Both the position numbers and the translations under genes were made by a program. The notes under the pieces were generated by a model. It worked only from the letters and a program-made list of their open reading frames with translations. It did no database searches and was not told where the DNA came from. Shown one piece after another: positions 59,378 to 64,000 of a stretch of DNA of 64,000 bases. The DNA lies in assembly GCA_019828565.1 (NCBI GenBank), contig JAHDYR010000015.1, forward strand, positions 485,605-549,604, read 5' to 3'. The stretch comes from Carpediemonas membranifera BICM. Lineage: Eukaryota > Protista > Fornicata. How positions within the stretch are numbered: position 1 is the stretch's first letter; every line of letters starts with the position of its first letter.

Positions 59378-60210
59378 CCGGATGGATTACAGCATTCCTT
59401 GAGTACCGCGACCCACACGAGGACGACACCGATGAGTACCGAGCCTTCCTGGAGGACGAGGCCGAGTATAATGCACCAGCCACGGTCGATCGAAAGGGAT
59501 ACTGGATCGAGAAGGCCGCCCCACTCTTTTCCGACTGGACCCCCAGCACCTACTGTCCACAAATCAGAAGAGGCATAGCAGACAACGCCAACACCACCGG
59601 CATGACAGGCGGGTCAGCCCCAGTCACAAGGGAGGACATGATCAGGGCCATCAAGTCCAGGAACAGCGACATCGCGACGTACCAAGCGACACTATTCGCC
59701 GCGATTGCTTACCTGACCGTGAGCCGCGGAGCTGAAATCTTCAACCTGACGAGCGCTGACATCGTGTTCAAGACAAACGGGGACGCCCAGCTGCTCCTTG
59801 GTCGCACAAAGACGCTTGCAAAGGTCACTAAGTCACTACCCAACACCCTACTAGGCCCATTCAACCCAGCGCTGGCCCTGAAGAGATGGGTACGAGGCTT
59901 GAACCTTCCACCGGACGCCTGCATCTGGCGCGCGATCACATCCTCATCGAAGGTCAGCCGTAAGACCCCGTGCACAATGCGACGTATGCGAGAGGAGCTA
60001 CGCACAGTCTTCCACGACAACAGGATTGGCCTACACAGCTTCCGCAAGGGAGCGGCTTCCGAACTGGCACTAGCAGGCACACCGATAGAGACCTTACTCC
60101 AACTCGGAACCTGGGCTAACGGCAACTCTCTCCGGCCTTACATCGGGGAGGCTATCCGCAACCACCCTCGTCAAACCCGACAAACTGCAAACACCCTGTT
60201 CCCATTCTAA
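59000..60210 (+). CDS. YR element 1 tyrosine recombinase (start uncertain, overlaps pol)
   Basis: SRGAEI, RTKT, HSFRKG, LGTW, RPY. Confidence 0.9.
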
Positions 60211-60580
60211 CACCATAAACCATCGCACCGGAGGCCGTCAAGGAGACGCCCGGTCCAGCCGAAAGCAGCAAGGAGCTGCTGGCACTTGAGGCAGGCATGG
60301 AGCCGCCATACTCCACTGTAATTACTCTACTTACCTCAGATCTGCGGACGGTGTTCCCCTTTGGGAGTATGAGTTAGGTGGCTAGCCTAGTCTAGCGAGC
60401 ACCACTCGAGCCCATTGGCACCCGGGGTGCTGAGACGCCCGAGAGGGCGCACGGAAACGTGCAGTTTATGGCATCAGAATTTCGAATGCCCGAAGGCACA
60501 TCGGGCCTAAAGGAGCCCGAGAAGAATAAATCCTTTACCCCCCTTTGGGAGTATGAGTTAGGTGGCTAGCCTAGTCTAGC

Positions 60581-63500
60581 ATTCGGGTAGTACCCCAGCT
60601 CATTGTCGCAAGGGCGACGGGACGTGGGCGAGGCCGGCAATCGCCGGATGCCCGCGTCATTGGTCAAGATTGGTCGGCGCAGTTTATGCGGCCAGATGAC
60701 GAACGATTCGCAGCCGGTGGCTGCGACGGCCGAGGAAGTGGCAGAACTGCGTACCACGGTGCAGGAGATGCAGAAAGCTCAGGAGAGATCCACCAAGATC
60801 CTCGAGAGGATGGCCGCCGCAAGCGCCGAATCTGAAGCGGATTTCCACGAGGAACTGGCGTTTGAAGAAGATGAACAAGACCCCATCATGGCTTCCCTTT
60901 CATACATTGAGGCCATGACCGAGCTGCCGAAGAAGCGCCCTCTTCTGGAGGAGGCGAAGTTCCTTCGGAAGGTTCAAACGATCCTCACCTCTTCTACAGA
61001 CACGAAACTCCTCAAGCGCCTTTCCCCCTCCTCTCCGCCCGGCGTAGAGCTCTGATGATGAAGGATGAAGATTACAACGACGTCACAGTCACCTACTTTC
61101 AGAACCAGGTATGGAAGGCCATCGCGGACAAAGGAACCCTCGACGAGTCCCAGATCGAGTCCTTCGAGCTCAAGTCTAAGATTCACGGAGCCAAGCGAAA
61201 GGGCGACAAGTTTCAGCCTCCGGGAGGCGGGGGCCGAGGCGGCAGCTCTCGCGGTCGCAACCGGCAGTCAAACTAACCGAGAACCACCTCTTCCCATCGA
61301 TAACTGGCGACGTGTGGCGACTCTGGGAGCGCTTCGGCGCCTCAGAGCACGTCGTCAGCCTACTCAGAGACGGCGTTCCAATATCACTGACCGCGCCTCC
61401 GTCGGCGGCCGCACCACAGACGCGACTGGACCCACGTGTTCGGGCCAAGCTCCAACAGCTGTTGAACGAGGGCATTCTCCGCAGAACGACCCTGCAGTCC
61501 CTCCGCCATTCGGCCCCCGATCTTCCCTGTTTCGAAAGGCTCGGACGACATCCGAGTAATACACGACCTCCGAGAACTCAACACCGTGACGGAGGAGACC
61601 CGAGTCTTCCGCCTCTTCGGCATCAAACGTGCTTTGGCGACGCTCACGGCCGGGGACTGGATGACGAAGATCGACCTCCGCTCGGGGTACTCTCAAGTCC
61701 CAGTCAGGGAGCAGGACAGGACACTTCTGGGCGTGGTCACTCCGGAGGGCGAGGCATTCTGCTACACTGGACTCCCCTTCGGTTGGACCGCGGCTCCGTT
61801 CTACTTTCAGACAATAACCATCCAGGCCGCAAAGATCATCGCCAGGCGCCTCCAGATCCACGTTTGCGTGTATCTAGACGACTTCCTCCTATCGTCTGCG
61901 CGCAAGGAGCACCTGGCATGGGCAACACACGAGGCCCTCGAGCTCATGCGCTCCCTCGGCCTCATTCCGGGGCTGGACAAGTGTATTCTTCAGCCTACAC
62001 GCTGCTTGGAGTACCTCGGCCTCCTCATCAATACGGAAAACACTTCAGTGCGCCTTTCCAGCGACAAGGCGCGCAAGTATCAGCAGACGTTGATATCCGC
62101 GTTGGAGAGCGACTCCATCAGCGCCGTCGACTACTCCAAGATCCTAGGGCGTCTCTCCTTCTTCGCTTCCGCAGCGCATGCAGCACAGCTCAAGCTGCGG
62201 CCGTTGCAAGCAAGACAGCCGAGAGGCAGAGTACCTTTGGATGCAGCCCTCAAGCAAGAGCTCGCCCAGTGGGTCTCACTGCTGCAGCAGCGCCCAGCCA
62301 AGTCATTTATCGAGCTCAGGGCCCTCTGGGACATGACAGGCTCCCTGGAGATGACAGTGGCGTCCGACGCATCCAGCTTCGGCTGGGGGGCCAGAGTATA
62401 CCTCGGAGAGAACAACAGATCGGCGCATGGGCACTTCCCCCCGCACATAGTGAACGCCCACATCTGCACAAAGGAGCTTTTCGCAGTCGTTCGGGGCATC
62501 GAACTCATCTCTCCACAGCCGCAGGTGCGCACCCTGACAGTTTTCTGCGACAACTCGGCCGTAGTCTCGTGGGTCAACAAGGGCGGATCGACAAGAGCAG
62601 ACCAGACAGTCATGAGCCTACTCCACGAGCTGCAACAACACCTCGACAGCAGAAACCTCGTGGCTCGATGTCTTCACATCGCAGGACACCTCAACGTGGA
62701 GCCGGACAGGCTGAGCCGGTTCATGAAGCTCGAGTGGTCGACCCCGCGTTCAGTCCTCGAGCGAATCCAGCGCAACTGGGGACCAGTGCAGGTCGACGCG
62801 ACCGCCGCTCCCACTCGCCGCCTGGCCCTCCCAGGATTCGCTCAGCACGGATGGACTCTCGCAGAACACGGCCTGTCTCGGGACTGGACGGGGATGAGAG
62901 TCTTCGCAGCTCCTCCAGTAGCGATGATTCCAGCGACATATCTGCATATTCGGACGATTCGGTCGCCGACCCAGACTGGATCCCCTCAGACGTGGAGGTC
63001 AGCTGCGATAATAGTGACTCCGGACATCCCGTCACCAGAACTCCGCCGCTTGCTAGCCCTCTCATCAGTTCCCAAGATGTACTTCAGAGTGAACCAAGAT
63101 CTTCTGTCGGACTCCGAGCTGTCGCGGCTGGCCGAGAGGGGCAGGATAAGGCTCATCGCGATGATCATCAGGACTTCGAGTTCCTCCTCCACCACGACAG
63201 GCTCTCACATCTGAGCCTAGAGGCGTCACGCAGGGCAGTCGCGGGCTACCTCGTCAAGTTCAACGCGTCGAGAGACACCACGCTATCACACGCGGCGCAG
63301 CTCAGGCAGCACCTCATGAGCGAAGCCAAGACCTCGGGGCCCGACACGATCGGCAAGAAGGGACACTGGATTTGCAAAGCGGCCCCACTGATCTGCGACT
63401 GGACCCCCCGCAGGACAGCAGCGAGATCATTCGATCAGTCCGCAACGTAGCATCCACCACCAGACTGACTGGCGGGGCTCGACCGGTGACGAGCGACATA

Positions 63501-64000
63501 ATCCGGTCGGGTTTCCGACGTTGGAAACAAGATCCGAAGACGTTCCAGGCGGTCTTGTTCGCCGCACTCTGCTTCCAAACTGTCAGCCGCGGCAAGGAAA
63601 TCTTCACTCTGACGAGGGGAGACGTGACGTTCAGCCCAGAGGGCGACGCGACGCTGTTCATGGCACGCACCAAGACTACCACAGCGGTGAAGAAGCTCGT
63701 GGTCAACGCCACCTTTGACTCATTCAACATCGCGAAGGCGCTCCAGCTTTGGGTCAACTTGGCCACGAAGCGCGACACGGATTCACTATGGAGGAAGGTC
63801 AACGGAGACACGATCAGCAAGACAGAGGGGCTGTCAGAAGGCGCAATGAGGCGCTGGATCGCAGCAGTGTTTGGCGACTCCGTCACTTGGCACAGCTTCA
63901 GAAAGGGCGCGGCGACCGAGCTCGCCGTCGCCGGCACTCCTGAGCACGTGCTGATGGCACTGGGGAACTGGCGCTCCGCGAAGAGCCTGCTGGCGTACAC
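60581..64000 (+). mobile_element. Second, diverged YR retrotransposon (gag ~60698-61276, RT-RH-MT ~61290-63214, YR ~62900->64000), cut by the window edge
   Basis: YLDD, SDAS, WGPVQVDATA..FAAPP, SRGKEI, HSFRKG, LGNW..Y. Confidence 0.9.

Larger units (their letters stand above)
56804..60580 (+). mobile_element. PAT-like tyrosine-recombinase retrotransposon 1 (DIRS order), complete
   Basis: Split direct repeats: A1 56804-56913, B1 60356-60396, A2 60397-60506, B2 60540-60580. Encodes gag, RT-RH-MT and YR. Confidence 0.92.

Overview
This is eukaryotic DNA, probably from a protist: three predicted 32-37 nt GT..ACACAG introns restore reading frames. The window is almost entirely nested transposable elements. 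Target-site duplications (TSDs), LTRs and terminal inverted repeats (TIRs) allow the nesting to be reconstructed. (1) A ~12 kb DNA transposon with perfect 49-bp TIRs (12061-12109 / 53669-53717). It encodes a Transib/Chapaev/RAG1-like DDE transposase plus a chromatin-themed cargo: a SET domain, a PHD finger protein, an OTU-like protease, a clan CD-like protease and a protein whose N-terminus resembles histone H3 (ARSKQ). A 29.5 kb nest of retroelements (15403-44931) splits it. (2) Two related APE-RT non-LTR families: family 1 has two near full-length copies and one 3' fragment, and family 2 has one 11.3 kb copy. Both have (TTTC)n tails, and an ORF1 carrying a Maelstrom/arenavirus-NP-like DEDDh zinc exonuclease domain. 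One copy of each family retains a 16-17 bp TSD. (3) Several Ty3/gypsy elements, at least two with chromodomains. They have very short LTRs, two have palindromes where a tRNA PBS is expected, and one has an antisense chromodomain-like ORF. (4) Two tandem PAT/DIRS-type tyrosine-recombinase retrotransposons. (5) CRE-like RLE fragments within an inverted duplication. Many frameshifts lie in homopolymer runs and may be sequencing errors. All domain calls are from reading motifs by eye; no searches were run.
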